The translations under genes were made by a program, and so were the position numbers. DNA of 64,000 bases from assembly GCA_030704615.1 (NCBI GenBank), contig CM060732.1, positions 25,172,001-25,236,000 of the forward strand. Direction: 5' to 3'. Shown here one piece after another: positions 26,601-41,074 of the stretch. A model generated the notes under the pieces. It searched no databases. It was not told the origin of the DNA and saw only the letters and a list, made by a program, of their open reading frames with translations. This DNA is from Takakia lepidozioides. Its lineage: Eukaryota > Plantae > Bryophyta. Position 1 is the stretch's first letter, and each line of letters opens with the position of its first letter.

Positions 26601-27691
26601 CTACCATCCATACCACTGTTGCTGCCAAGGCAAAGGATGCGCTTCCCCACCAGCCCTTGCATTGCAGCGCAAGAAAACCATGTCCAGGTAACCAGTACCA
26701 TTCTGGTTTTATTACTTTGAACGGTCTTCTCTCTCCCGATTTCATGTGCTGCATGTACGTTCTTTAGTATGCATTCACACATTGTGCTCCTGGATGTGCA
26801 TGATACATGATGGCCTCGAAAACGTATTATGAGTTCGAAGCCCATGCACCCTTATTTCTTGAATGATATGATATACCTTCAATCCTTAGTTTACAAGTCC
26901 CCATTATGTACATAATTATGTGGCCTCATTTTCACATCCCATTCTCTGTGCCTTTTTTGCAGACTCCGCTGTGGTGCACTCGTAAAAAAAACCACTGACA
27001 TATGGTTTTTGAAGGGCTCGGGTGTCCCGGCGGTGCCTCTTGGACTAGAACATGCAGATGACTTGCAATCTAGAAGAGGCTAGATAAGTGACCGTCTCAT
27101 GGACTTCTAGGTGTCAGCTAAACTGCTTTATATTCCCGAAGATGTGTGCAATAAAATTCGTGTGTTAGATAACTTTACATGGATTTGCCTTCGCGATCAT
27201 TGTGCCAAGTATGGCAATGGAGTGGAGTCTGTACGGACTTGGATGCAAAGAAGGTTCCCTAACCTGAGTTCTGAGGGTATTGAAGCCGTTATTGTGCCAA
27301 TTGTGGTCAAGTGAGTTTCCTGTGTAGCCATTACCCCTTCTGCTGAATGTGCCTTGCAATCGCACTCTTGCATACAGAACTGGACTAACCTGCTCGTGTT
27401 TCCCTGTTCTGCAGCTTTCATTGGAGTGTGGTGATTTGGAACGGACTCGCTACATTCACTTGAATAGCATTAAAACCACACACAAACACTGGTATTTGAA
27501 GCCATTGTTTGCTATGTTCTGGACTATGCTCAGAGGAATCTCCCCTGACACCCCGGAGTGGAACTAATTTGCAGGTCATATCTTTTCTGGAGCCCGGCCT
27601 CAACATGGAACCAGTTTGTTGTGAGCTGCAAGCAAAGATGAACAAAGAATGCAGAAGACCATTTATGGTTCCGCCATATCCGCGACTTTGA
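23606..27691 (+). pseudogene. Degenerate transposon-associated gene(s): C2H2-like zinc finger, 21-aa repeat and Ulp1/C48-protease-like fragment
   Basis: CIHC-x12-H-x4-C in 23606-24385. AVIVPIVV...NWTNLLVF...YIHLNS near 27290-27470 resembles Ulp1 peptidases carried by MULE/CACTA elements. Many stops; truncated by an LTR element. Confidence 0.45.
24128..24325 (+). repeat. 63-bp coding tandem repeat (~3.2 copies)
   Basis: VPQVTVTTQRIGNSTLDGPHV-like units start at 24128, 24191, 24254 and 24317. Confidence 0.85.
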
Positions 27692-27729
27692 GCAGTAGCA
27701 CATTGAAAGCCTGATCATATCTTCGAATG

Positions 27730-29066
27730 TCATCCGTTTGCTTCAAGTTTCTCATCTTGTCCCGGACGAGCCAGGACGCGTTGAGGGGCACGAATTGTTT
27801 CTTCATTAGTTCCTTCAACCCACTCCAGCTCAAGGTCTTTCGGTCTGGCCCTTGGTCCTGAAGATGTTTCTACCACCATTGTTGAGCATAACCCCTCAAA
27901 TAGGTGGGTGCCACTACCACCCAATCCTCGTCACTCAACTTGACCTCCCGGAAGTACTGCTCTAGCTCCAGGAGCCAGGTGTTGAGTGCCTTCCGATTTC
28001 GGACGCCCTCGAAGGTGCCGGGTTCCTTAGGCTTCACCTTAAACTTTGCCTTAGTGGAAGTGACGTTGGCAGCTTTCATTACGTCCTTCAGTGTCCCGCC
28101 AAACTGCGCCAGAAGCCCTTCCCAAAAGGCTGCTGGCATGGGAGACATCTCTTGGTCTGACGGAACCTTTGGGAAGTCCTCGGGCCCCGACTCCTCAAAT
28201 TTTTCCCGCTCTTGAACGGCCTTGCTATCATAAGCATAAATTGCCTCTTCCAGTTGCCGCTCTAGTGACACGTCCCGTTCCGCTTTCGCTTTGTCTTGCC
28301 CGACCCCATGATGAGGCCGATCTCAAGGACAATCGCCTACTAAACTCTAAGCTCTGATACCATGTGTCGCGCACCTCCCTTCGGTAAACTCCCCTTCAAG
28401 TCATAGCTATTCGCTTTGATGCGCGTCGGGCCAACTCGGAGCTTCGGCTGCTCACCGGGGCATAACGGTCCCCCTTTGCTCCTCCACGAGACCCTCGCAC
28501 ACTTTGGGCCTAGTGGAAATTCCTTTTGGTTATTGGCAGTCCGGAACAGCTCCCCACACCTTGGTCACTTTCCGGCTCGCACGCTTACTCACTAGTTTTT
28601 GGTCACCAACGGGCTTGCACCGTTCTCGGGGTTACTACTCCCTATATATACTTCTATGACTGTCCGCGGGGGTTTCACAAACAACACAATCCTTTTATGG
28701 CGAACCACCACGAAGACCCTTGATTCCCGGTGATGAGTCGCGGTGAGTCTTAGCCCACCCACCACGGCCCCAATGGACCGTGATGAGTCCCAAGACTCCC
28801 CACGACTCTCACCATAAGGTCTCGACCCCATAGTGAGTCTTATGCCACCCCCACTAAGACCCATTAAGCTACCACCACCCTCGTAGAACCACCCCCACCG
28901 CAACCCGATGTGCGGGGCTCTACCTAGTGAGCGCCTCCGCCTCCTTGAGTGCCTCGGGCACTCAAAGGTGCTTCAGCCCCCATACCTATTGTTGCCACTG
29001 CCCCTACCACAGGGGCAGCCCCTCTTGTGTCCCGACCCCTTGCCCTCAAGGCAAAGGGCCGCGACA
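27730..29066 (-). mobile_element. Truncated Ty3/gypsy LTR retrotransposon: 5' LTR (28365-29066), tRNA-iMet PBS (28351-28362), gag fragment (27870-28271)
   Basis: LTR ends TGTCGCG...CGCGACA. PBS TGGTATCAGAGC lies on the minus strand 2 nt from the LTR. Gag motif KPKEPGTFEG...WLLELEQYF...YLRGYAQQWW. Confidence 0.85.
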
Positions 29067-30066
29067 TTAAAAAAACATAAAACTCCCATACTGTGGGTTG
29101 TGCTCACGCTGTGCTCACAGTCGACCAACCCCCTCGAAAGAGAGAGAGAGAACACTTTCTTGTCTTCCGGAATGCCTTCAACTCCAGCCAAGAGTATTGA
29201 ACGATCCCCTTTGGAACTTAGAGGGGGAGGCCGGAGCAAGTTGCGGATTTAGAAAATTGATTAGTGGTTGGGCTGAGATATCTGGAGCAATGGACAATTG
29301 ACCACAATTGACCACATTCTGGCCTTCGCATATCGAACAAGAGAGAGAGCACTTTGTTGTCCTCTGTAAGGCCTTCAACTCCAGCCAAGAGTATTGAAGA
29401 GACTCTGCTTCATTGGGGTCTTCTACAGGGGTTATGTTGACATTTGTGCCGTGGAGCATAGGCACATGGTCCAGCCTTCCACAAACAACTCCCAACGCCT
29501 CTTCAATGTGTAAGCATTCAATAAGTATCACATATCTTGTAAATGACACTATGACCGAGTTTTCTATGACGATTCTTACAATCGAGAAGACAAAGGAGAA
29601 AGCCAAAGCAGTGAAAAGAAATGTAGAAGCCAAAGTCATCATTGTCGTGAGGGGGACAGAGATCGATGTTGTTTGCCTCGTCTAAATCGAAGCTTCCTTT
29701 GGTTTGTGTGGGGCTTGTGATGCTCTTTGGAAAGAGGTGGTGCACTGTCTCATCTACATATTATTGTTCGGCTTAAAATCCAGTGGAGTTTTTTTTCTCA
29801 GTGGATCAACTTACTAATCTCTGGTATTCTTTTTGTGTTTTTTGTGTATACGTAAATATGATAGGCGACCATGGGATACTTGTCCCCTCACTTGTTAAAG
29901 CAGCTTCATGTCTTCTTGAGGTTATTTTTCTCTTTTTCAATCCATTTCGAGCACTGCCCTTTCATCCAAAAGTGAAAATTAAAAAAGTTTTAAAAAAAAA
30001 AACATTTCCTTGACATTAAGTTACACCAGTTTGGCCCAAATAGAGGACGACCGCTGCTTAGGTTTG

Positions 30067-30320
30067 TGCCCATATCACATATCATTTCTCACTGCGAAAT
30101 GCAGTTTGTGGCCATAGCACATATCATTGCCCAGTGCGAAATTCACCTAAACTATCATTTCTCACTGCGAAATGCAGTTTGTGCCCATAGCACATATGAT
30201 TTCTTAGTGCGAGATTCACCTAAACTATCATTTCTCACTGCGAAATGCAATTTGTGCCCATAGCACATATAATTTCTCAGTGCGAAATTCACCTAAACTA
30301 TCATTTCTCACTGCGAATTT
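30067..30320. repeat. ~75-bp degenerate tandem repeat inside a non-autonomous element
   Basis: Repeated tatcatttctcactgcgaaatgcagtttgtgcccatagcacatat...gtgcgaaattcacctaaac. Confidence 0.85.
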
Positions 30321-30803
30321 CACCGCCGTCGCTATAGGTTTAGGGTTTATAGTTACACTACTGAGTTTCGCCTCGCTTAATTGGCGCAAATGTACCATAA
30401 TGCACCAAAAACTATACCCGCTTATGGTTTATTCCGTTTTGAAAACATATAACTCCTATGACCGAGGTTAAAAAACATAAAACCCCCATGACCTTGGGTT
30501 GTGCTCACGCAAGCGTGAGCGTGATCATGTTGTGCTCACAGGATACCAACCTCAAGGTTCCTTAATATGGCCGCAATTTGGCATATTCTCCCTATCTTTC
30601 ATGTAATTTTCAACGTCTTTTAGGGGGTAAGATGGAGGCTGATGTCACTCAACTGTCATCTTCTCCCTTCTAAAGAAGGTAGAAATCCCATTCCCTATCA
30701 CACAAGGTTTCAGAGCCCAGCACCAGAATCCTGTAATTTTGTAGCAAATGTTTTATCTCTACCTTTATGCATGTATCTACTGGATGGATAATTACTACTG
30801 ATG

Positions 30804-31083
30804 CAGTGTTTATTTCTGGCGAAATTTCGCACTTTTTCGACCTCAAAAATCAAAATCGAATATTCTGTCGTAAATTCCCTGTTTTCTCATGGATGAAATC
30901 GCCAAATTTCTCAAAAAAAAAAATCTTGGATGAATTTGCCTAATATGGATGATATACATGGATGAAAGTACAGAGGAGGATGATTCTGTCCAAATTTCAG
31001 TGGATGAGCAGAAAATATGGCTATTTCCTGCAAAACTCAGTAGCCAGTCCTGTTCTTTTCAAAATTTGAAAAAAAAAACACTG
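30804..31083. mobile_element. hAT-type MITE (280 bp)
   Basis: TIRs CAGTGTTT...AAACACTG; 8-bp target-site duplication tactgatg / cactgatg (1 mismatch). Confidence 0.8.
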
Positions 31084-32186
31084 CACTGATGTATTACCCT
31101 TCAGGGAAAAGCCCAAAGGTAAATATAAATAAAAGTTTTCCGGGCAGGTGCCTCGTGCAGAAGGTATTGCGGGCAGGCTGCCCGGGGTCGCGCCCCCTCG
31201 TCTCCCTGGCGGGATGCTGGAGCTGATGCAGGGTGGAGGCAAGCGAGAGTTGTGTGAAATTGTGTGAAAGATGAAGGGTTTGGGATGCAGTATCGGGCAA
31301 TGGCGATGGCTTCGCTTTTGGGCAACTAGATAGAGCTTGGGTGATGGTTGGGTGTCAACGTTCATCAGCACTGATCCTGAAACGAGCTGATTGTATATAA
31401 ACCCTTAGGAGAATTTTTCTTCTTGGTCTCTACCCAGATTTTGGGGGCTAGATAAGTCGCATGCGAGTGAGATCCGAGGGGAGGATGTAGCTGGTAGCAG
31501 GCAGCCTTCCCAAGTTAAGCTTTGGACCTTGATATTGTGACCACGGACCCTTGGAAGCGACAAACCGGGGGTGATAACTAGCGCTGTCGTATGCAATGAT
31601 ATGATGAGGGGAAGGTCGCGGTGCCGTATGAGAGGGACACGAGGAAAGACCAGATATTACGAGACCTGATCCTTGAAAAAGAGACGAAGGGAGATGATCT
31701 ATTGCAAGAATAGTGAAGGGAAAGCCCGCTGTGGTACTTTAACAGATAGCATACCACCATGTTCAAAGACTACCGCAATGCATGATAGGTTGCACGTTTC
31801 CAAGCTCATTGGATTAAAGGACTAAAATTAAAATTCACGTTGGTCCAGGGCATTCCGTCCTCAACTGGCCAGAGCTAAGTATGGGGTGGATGCAGACCTC
31901 TTTTGTTTCTGCATGTTATGTCCATGATAGACAGGTTTTCAAAAAATTATTCCCCCCAACCCCGTACTACAAGAAGCTACCCTGGAATCAGACCTTGTTT
32001 TAGTGAAGGGCGCACAAAGGGCTCCCTCCTTTCAGGTGGGGTCCTTAGAAGCTCCATTTTTTACAGAGAGCGTACCGAATGTGACTGTATGTGTCAACAG
32101 AGATTCTCTCCATCCTGGGCAACTACGTGAATGGTTCGGTCTCGATCTGACACCGTCGTGCAAGAGGGTAATCCTTGCAGAAGACG

Positions 32187-34596
32187 ATGGTGAGCTATGG
32201 CCAAATTGATACTGCAGTGTTGACTAAGAACCTGACAGTTGTGGCTGCACTGGCTGTCTCGGCCACGGCCCTCTATCTGATTCTTAGTAGCACTAGAAAG
32301 AGGCGGTTGAAGAACAAGGACGTGTTGGAGGATTCACCCTACCAGGAGGTGTCCACCACTGCCAGTGAGCAATTGAGAGACAACATTGCTATGGCCACGG
32401 AAAGATTGGACAACATCCTGCATGCGAACGACCATTTGCAAGGGGGGCACCTCAACCTCTACATGAATGGGGCACAAGATTGCGAGAATATATCGAGTAG
32501 CGGTCTGAGTTGTATGAATCATGCGACAGATGATCCATCGTCTTCGGGGTTGTTGAGGAATTCTCCATGCAGTCCTCGTAGTGCAATCTGTAGCCCTTCT
32601 TCCAGATCTATAGGTGTTTCCACAGACCCGTGTTGCTCAATAAGGCATGACCCCTGCTGCATAAACAGTCTTAGTCCTGATGCAGGATCTCCCAACGTGG
32701 AAATGGGCTGTGTTGGACACAGTCTTGGTGGGGAGGCATTACCCACCTGCGATTTGATGAATTTGGACAAAAGTCCAGAGTCAAGGTTGCGTTGGCAGAA
32801 GATTCCACCTCCCTCATATGAGTATTTGGAGATGCTGGCAAATTCCGCGAACTCAGAGGCAAGCACGTCTGGTACGCTGACCTCAAGATGTTCACCAAAA
32901 TATGCTGTGTTTGGGTCCGGCAAGTCCAGGACAGGTACAGTAATCAATCAGAATCTGCATGATAAATTTGGGTGTGTCTGCATGTGTGAGAAGGTCGTCT
33001 GTTGAAGAAGTATTACGCTGCTAGAGCAAGTACTCCAATTTGTTTCGGAAATGAGCCACCATGATGTAGACCCAGAGAGAGAGGAGGAACGTATCCTTTT
33101 CTCTAGGCTGGACGTCGGAGATCATTATAGGTCAAGCCAACAGTCGTCTGTTGTGAAATTGAGCACTACTAGATACTTAGTGTACAGTCCAATGAATCCC
33201 CCTTTGTAGTATTCGTGAACAAATTAGAGTTGGGAACTGATCTCTGGGGGAAAACAAACTGTATCTTTTTGGCTCCACTGGACATCCTCCTTTGAAAACC
33301 TGTTCACCTCTAAGATCTAACGGGGTCTCTCTCGGACCAGATGACTATGCACTGACAAGAAAGGGAGAGGAATCTTGCCAGGGTCCTCTGTAAACTCAGA
33401 ACCGAAACTTGTTGATATATTAGGTGCCATGGTAGGTGACTTAACCAATGACTCCTGTTTTCTATGGAACGTGGTGGTCAGCCAATCCAGACCCAGGAGC
33501 AGCATTTTGCTGGCAAAAATTTCCCAAACAAGCAAAAGAAGAAGAGGGCTGCCAAACATGTATTGAACAAGAATGTAACAAGTGTAGTGCAGGGGAGTGC
33601 GATGTGTGCTTACCAGCAGATACACGTAGGTTTGGACTGCATGATTCTCATGTCATCGCTTTGCTCTAGTAGCTATATTTTGGAAATGGGGGATAGATTC
33701 CACACTCTGTTCATGCATGAATCTGGAATTCTTGAAGACCTCCCAGTGGCACCGCTGTTACCCACTTCCTCCACCTCTGCTTCTACACCAAATTAGCGCC
33801 AGATAAGGAATCCAGGAACACCGAGGTGCATTGGAACCTATTAATCGGACGGTTTGAGACCATTGTGCAGTATACTGGAGAGGGTCATGTAGGGGTTCAG
33901 TTTGGTGAGTTCATTAAGCTTCTTGGGCAATCCAGGCCTTCTACGGGAAGAAAGAGTTCTACCGAATCTGCCAGATGCGACACTTCCAATGTATTCGCAC
34001 TTATGTCAGAGGACTAATGTCGCCCAGCCCAAAGTTTGCGGCCAAACCCAGAGAGGGTCTGCAGATCCAGTCAAGTAAACAAGTGATTGTAACTTTTCAG
34101 TTAGACTTTGATAGCAGTGTGGTATGAGTTACGGAATAATTCGACTCTAGTAACTATTACTACACATGTTGATGACTGTCTGTGCCTTCACGTCAGTTCG
34201 ATGCTTTTGGGTCAGATTCATAAATCCTGAGAGATACTTGCTTCGGGTGAAACAGGTCACCTCCCAAGTGGACCAAGTGCTTATGTGCAACAAGATCAAC
34301 GACCTCCGACTACAATGAGTGATTTGCAACAAGGTCATCAGCATTTTTGGGCTGAAACGAGTTGTCCAGTGCTGCAAGCTCAACAAAAGAAGAAGGTAAG
34401 ATTTAATCCCAACACAGTGGAGACGGGCGACAGTCAACATTACCGACGACGGGCCCCATCGCCGTATTATTCTCCATCCGAGCACCCCCTCGCTACCTGT
34501 GCCTATGAACGCCCCAAATTGCAGTCTCAGGCCGCTAAGAATACCATCACCGGCACGAGAGAGACGGTGCGCAACACCAAATTTAACTCCATGTGA
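32187..34596 (+). CDS. Multi-exon gene: N-terminal signal anchor, Ser/Cys-rich low-complexity region, C-terminal KKKVRF motif
   Basis: Long first coding exon 32187-~32934 (LTVVAALAVSATALYLILSSTRKRR, donor gtacag); small exon near 33107-33130; terminal exon to 34596 containing QQKKKVRFNPN. Confidence 0.55.
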
Positions 34597-35987
34597 GAGG
34601 TAGGAGAGAGCCAGGCCACCCTCGCAAGAGGGCCGGAAAGGAAACTTTTTTGTGTCTCATCTGCCTTGCATCTTCAGCTCTCTAGAGAAGGCAGGCATGG
34701 AGACCAAAGAAACACAGGGATCCATGAGTTACAGGAGATTTCCTGTAGTAAGTCCATGATTGTAGCTCGAAGGCTGTGGTCCTTGAAGAGTGAGGTCTCT
34801 GCTTGATTGGATGCATGTCTCACACTAACTGTTCCCAAGTTCAACCAGCTTAGGTTGAAATTTGCCACCTCCTTTTTGAGCCAACATATAGATTCAAGAT
34901 CAGAATCAGCCACTTGGCACTACTTTGTATACACCAAAAGACAATTTAGAACAAGAATAGATGGAGACAGACTTTGCGTCCTTGAGCTGGATCTGGATCC
35001 TAGAGTCGATCTGGATCCTAGATTCCAACCCGCCTGGGTGAGGAATGCCCTCAGAGTGAGATATTAAGCAGTCTGGTAGCAATAATTTTGAAGATGGCTT
35101 GTGCTGTTGATCTTGCTCCTCTAGCCACTGCCGTGATTGAGGTGACACAACAGTTTGTGCCGAAACCTCCTCCCCTTTGGTATCCAAGTGAGAGGAAACA
35201 CCCCTCCCTATCACCCCTCCATTTCCTCTTCTTGTTTTACCATGGATAGTGACTATAATATAGGCACCAATGTCTGTAAGGAGAAAAATGAGGTATGCAT
35301 TTCATGTCTAGACTATGATGTATACTGTATATTTACTGAAGATTTACAGAGGTTGATGCCTCAACCTCTTCTAAGGTTAGCTTTGCACAATAACTGACTA
35401 AAACTCTGCCTGAAATTCCAACCATGCCGGCCAACCAACATTCACCACCCTCCAAAGAATACTTGCTGTATCATGCTCAGAACTCTTGTTGGTGTAGGCA
35501 TAAGGGTCTGATGATATGGTTTGATGACCAGCAGATGTGATGGAACAGTTGAATAAGCCCCACACTTGCATATAGTTAGAGTCATCAAAATTAAAATATT
35601 CATAGACATAAAACCAATCCAGCTCCCCAGGCTGGGCGCCTCAAATTGTATCAACCCTAGTTTGAGTACAAATCGGTTCCTGGAATTTGTGTGATTTGAT
35701 CATTTTCCTTGAATCAAAGGCCTGACAAAAGAAGCAAACATTGACTCAATGCAAGTGTTTGAATTCAGTTCAGAAAACCTTTTAATCCAATAAAATGAAT
35801 GTGCACCAGCTACGCAGAATAAGTTACTCAAAATGTGAGCCCACAAGAAGGGCACATTCAGACACATTTCTTAATGCCTTCCCTCACTCTCCAAGTATCA
35901 ACAAATAGTCTACAGCAAGGACTGTAATGGCATATGTGCCACAACACACATTCTGACAGTAAATGATGACATGCAGAAAGTGTGGTC

Positions 35988-38900
35988 TCACAAATTGTGT
36001 TGTTGGGCATCATCCTCAAGGTCAAATCGGGCAGTGGCCTCATCCCAGAGAGGTGCATACTTCAAAGGACTGCGGTCTCCCTCTTGTTGAGTTGACCCGT
36101 ACTGCTGACCAAGGCTTCCCTCTACAAGCTTTTGATACCTGCAACACATGAACACAGCCTCAGACATGGCCACACTAATTCCAATTCAACCAGTTTGGCA
36201 ATCCTATCCTGTCACTTGTCCGCCTTTCATCTTAGGCTAGCAGTTGCTTGAGCCTCTGATCGGCAACTGTCAGATTGTAATTAAAGGAACAATGCATGTT
36301 CTGTTAGAGTGATACATTGCAATTCTTATGAAGAAAGATAGGATAGCAGATTCTTCACAAAACAAATGAATAAACTACTTGCATTGCAGCCAGACTCATC
36401 TAAAAGACAGGTCAAAGAGTCATACTTGAACCAATTGAAGAGACAGACTCCAAAGATGATGACAACCAGCCCCACTCCCTTCAACACTGTAAATGGATCG
36501 TGGAAAAAAAAAACAGCCACCTATACAGAGCACTCCCCAGGTGCCACTTGTCATTAATTCACATGCTTGATCATTCATAATGGACAAAACAAACGGGGAA
36601 TTGTCATTTCAAGGCCTACAATATCAACCTCCAACCCATGCCAATGGCCCCACCCAAACTACCTTCCCCATAAGCTCTTTGGGATTCCATGACTGCTATA
36701 AAGTTCCTTCCCTATCTCACAAGGCACAAACATTCTACGTACCACAATCGTTAGGACCTCCTTGACCACACCAGCAACAATCAATGTCACTGCACTTGTC
36801 TCAGAAATGAGCAGATATTCAGCCATGACCTGATAGACCCCCACCAAAATACAAAAGACCATCAGGCTCTCTTTCACATTGGCGACCCCCCAGCTTCTCA
36901 ATCAAGAAATGTGCACTCATTGACTTCCCTGTGACAATCGCCAATGATGTACCTTTAAGGGCTATTACCCCCACATACCAGCCCTCCCAGAGCTGTTGTT
37001 TAGTTTCCTCCAAACATGGTGTGTGGGACTCATCCCGAAATTGCAAGCACAGGGTTAACGGGGATTGAGTGTTAATAAATGCACTTCAATTGACACTGAA
37101 AGAATGAAGACAATTATAGTGCTGCTGCTCTAGCCCTTTTTCCCGGGTCCATTAACTTCCTGTCCAGCCCACTCTTGGTCCACAGAGTGGGAAGAGAGAG
37201 AGACCCCACAACCGTTGGGATGGCCAAGAAAGAAATAAAATAGACAGAGAAAGAGAGAAAGAGACACGACATCGTAGCAAGGGACCCAGAGCCACGCTGA
37301 TGTACCATAAAGAAAGCGAGTGTGCCTCCAAGTAGCATGAGAGCGCAGCTCTCAAACACGTGACGGGAAGTGTCAAAATAAGGTGTCTGACCCAGCTTGC
37401 GCCATGGTTCTAATGCCAAGGAAAACACCGCTGTAATTAGAGCCATCACTGGAGTAAGATAGCTCATCGCAGCAAACGGATTGTTCAGACCTGCGCCAAC
37501 CCCATAAATATCAACAAATAATTAACCAAGGAAGTTAAGACTGTCCTAATCCTTTGTTCGTCACTCTGTATCAGCTGTCAAATGACAGTTTAAATCACAC
37601 TAGCTTCCATGTTTCTACGGGGTATCTGGTTTTTAGGCTGTCTACCTATCGATATCTGATAGTACTCTTGCTGTGCTCTTTTCAACAATCAGCAGTGACA
37701 AGCAGTGCTATTACTTGACATGTTGCTACCACACTCATGCTTAATTTGCTACAAAGATTGAGATTCCAAGCATTACAAACAAGAGGAAAAAGAAGCCATA
37801 CCATACTCTTCTTTCTGCAAGTAGCCCCCCGCCATTTCCAGAACCACAATGCGATCAAAACAAACAGAACAGGTGTTAGTTCGGATTCTTCAGAAACCTT
37901 GAAAACAGTATCCATGGACCACATTAAGAGAAATGAGATGACATTTTACACACTAATATATATACATGAACTAAATCAAGCCAGGAGACAAACTTGCAGA
38001 CTAAACACAGCTTTGACCCAAATTGATGTGTCCCCAACTGCAGGGAAGGGTCTCTTCAAAGAGGGAAAACAGAAAGAAAGAGACATCCACATAGAGAGAG
38101 ACAACCTGGACACTGCCAGCAATCTTTATCTTTTCCCAACCAAGGGGTGTACCTACACATATTGATAGGCCCAACGTTCCCGACATGAGATACCTGCAGA
38201 AGAAGCTGAGTTACAGTCCATCGAAACCCCGACATCACTGTTGCCAGCATCACCAGAATGAAACCCCGAAGCTCAAACTCTGTCTCTTTTGCGACTGCAA
38301 CCCTAGCATCATCCATGTGTCAGGCATGAGCACACCAGAGCTAAAGCCTTCCAGATGTCCATCATCCATTCACAAATCATACAAAAGTTTCCAGACAACT
38401 TACTTCTTTGGCTTAAAGATTACAGACATTCTACTAGGATTACAGACCAATGACACCTGCTATCTGCTAAGTACAAGCAGTCCCCTGGTCTGGTCATTGC
38501 TCTGAGGCAAGTCTTTCGTACGCCTTCACCAATTTGAGGAGTTTAACACTCATAGCTTCTAAATTAGCCTGTGTAGTTTCAGCCATTCATGTGGTGCCAT
38601 ACATGTATCTTTGCATGAGGCCTATCCTAAACTTCCTTGCAGCAGATCCTCACACATTCATGCAGCTCCAATCTGTGGCATTTTGGAGACCTGGGAAGTA
38701 ACCCCTCACATGAATTTATTGAGGTGACGCATCTGGCAGGTTGCTATTGTCATGGACATTTTGTAGACGTACACTAAAGAAGTGATGCTGAATGAAAGAA
38801 ATCCAGAACAGAAAGGACTCCCCAAGGTCATGTCTGACTCGGTTGACCGGAACAGACAAGAGAAATGAGTTTATAATCTGTGATGCCTCTATCATCATTG

Positions 38901-41074
38901 CCATTTGAATGCAGTGTGGTGCACTTCTAAGATCTGGAATCCCTGAGGAAAGGTAGAATATGCCCCTTGCAGCAATTTACGCAGTAACAACCAGGAAGAG
39001 TGAGGTGTCTGAGGAAACCTGTCAACATCACCCCGAGGGAGATGATCACAATGATGCCAAGCATCTTGAAACTGGGGACCTCCAATCTGTTGGCACACAA
39101 GAGGATTCATCAGGACAAATTTGTGTATGAACCTGAATCTAATCGCATTTTGCACACAATGCAGATATATATCTGGGATGCATACATGTGCATGAGCATA
39201 GCCTGTAGACCATGGCAAAGCATAGAAGAAATCATTTCAAAAGATCGAGCCAGAAAAGCAACTTTCTGTAGCTAGAGTCTACACAAAAGAAAATTGATAA
39301 ACTAGATGACTGATGGGAATGATGTAAACTGTGTGACTCACTTGAAAGCAAAGGCAAAGAGGAGGAGGAACACAGGTGCTCCAGATTTGCACTGCACCAC
39401 TTACACATAGAATTCAGCTAACCAACTTACATAACTTAAGCAATTCCATCAATCCATCCCACCCACCAAGTGATAGGTAGTAAGTTAGAATAAAGTAGTG
39501 AAGTTTAACATGGAGCAAATTCACAGAGCCTACCACTCTGAAGAAAAGAGTTAAGCACTCACCATGGTAGCAAATGAAACGGAGATAAATACAATGGAGA
39601 TGTTGCTGAGATCAATATCTAGAGCTGTTGCAGCTGCCGTTGGAACCACTGCAAGCCACAGACCTTGATTATAGACATCCCAGAAGTCTAGTAGCCCAGG
39701 ATAGCTCTGGCCATCACGCATGCCATTTGTACTGCAGATATGTTATTTAACATGAATACCAGTCAACAAGTTATACAGAGACGTTGCAACCCATGCTTCT
39801 TAAGGAGTTGTGCTTTCGCTCAACTAACAAGGGTAGGGTTTTAGGACATTGAAGACTTGAAGAAACACATGGGAAATTTGTGCTGACTGTACCTCTCAAA
39901 AAGTAGTCTTTCGGCGACATACGAATGGGAGATAATGACCCCCACCAAAAGCGCAACACAAGGGTTGATATGATGCTTTGCATGGAGAAGTGAATAGTAT
40001 TCATCAACAGAGGAGCTGGAAAGTTGCCCAGCTTCTCTCCTAACAATAATTTGTTGTACCTGTCAAACCCAAGATGTAAGTAATAGACTCTCGCCCCTTC
40101 TTTACCTCTCCCCCTCTTTTCCAAGTTTGTCTGGTTCATATGACCATGTGAAACTGGAACTCTTAGGTTTTGAGCTCTTCAGTGCTTTGCGATTGCTGAC
40201 TATTCTTTTGAATCTTAATGCCTGACATTGTTTCTCCAAGAACAAACTCCAATACAACAAAATCACTTTGATTCAGGAGACAACGAAAAAGAAAAATACA
40301 TCCACAAGAGGTAGAGAACACTTACAATGTAAGACAGGTGCTGAAGGTGTACCAAACCAAAACATAAAAGAGCGTCTTTGTAACAGTCAAAATCACGGGA
40401 TTCGATAGAGGTGATGTAGGCCATCCCATCCCAGTCTCCTCTTCAATGAATACGATACCACGATCTTTGGCATGCCTACTCGCAGGCGACAAATTGGCAC
40501 CACCCTTGAGAGGGATCTCCTTGGAAGACCACTCTACCCCATTTTCCATCCGAGACACCCCATTACCTCTAACCCTAAACGATGCAGATCTCCTCTTTGG
40601 TGTGGAACCCCCAGAACCTCCTGATCCGGCAGAGCCAAAGTCGCGCTCAAATTCTTCATCGGAAACTAGCCCTACTCCTCTCTCCCTCAAATCACCATGA
40701 ATAAATGGACTCCTAGCTTCTGAGACCAGAAATGTTTCTCTTTGACCCCCCTCAAGACCTTCAGCTTTTAGACCCCGTGCAACATCCCTTAAACCTTTTG
40801 ACCTTGTGACCCCACTTTCTCTGTGGCCTCGTCCTGTTTCATCTAAACTTTCAATGGTTTGATCAGTGAGGAAAAATCCTGTGACACAATGCATCTCTGT
40901 CGTATCTCTCACAACGTCCCCCATGCCTAGCTCTGCTCTATCAAGTTCATCGGGTCTATAGGGTGTCCCCGCAAGGTTTGGGTCAGATTCTGACCCAAAG
41001 GAATCAGCAGGCAAATCTGCTCCCTCCATTCTGAGACAAGCCATCTCCAGCATCTCATCATCATGGCTATCCAT
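35988..41074 (-). CDS. Probable sugar-phosphate/phosphate translocator (TPT/EamA drug-metabolite transporter family), 11 coding exons
   Basis: Exons encode TLFYVLVWYTFSTCLTL, YNKLLLGEKLGNFPAPLLMNTIHF, VVPTAAATALDIDLSN, CKSGAPVFLLLFAFAF, LEVPSFKMLGII, GFRWTVTQLLLQ, the KEEYG micro-exon, NPFAAMSYLTPVM, TSAVTLIVAGVVKE and GVCLFNWFK, all with GT-AG junctions. Confidence 0.92.
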
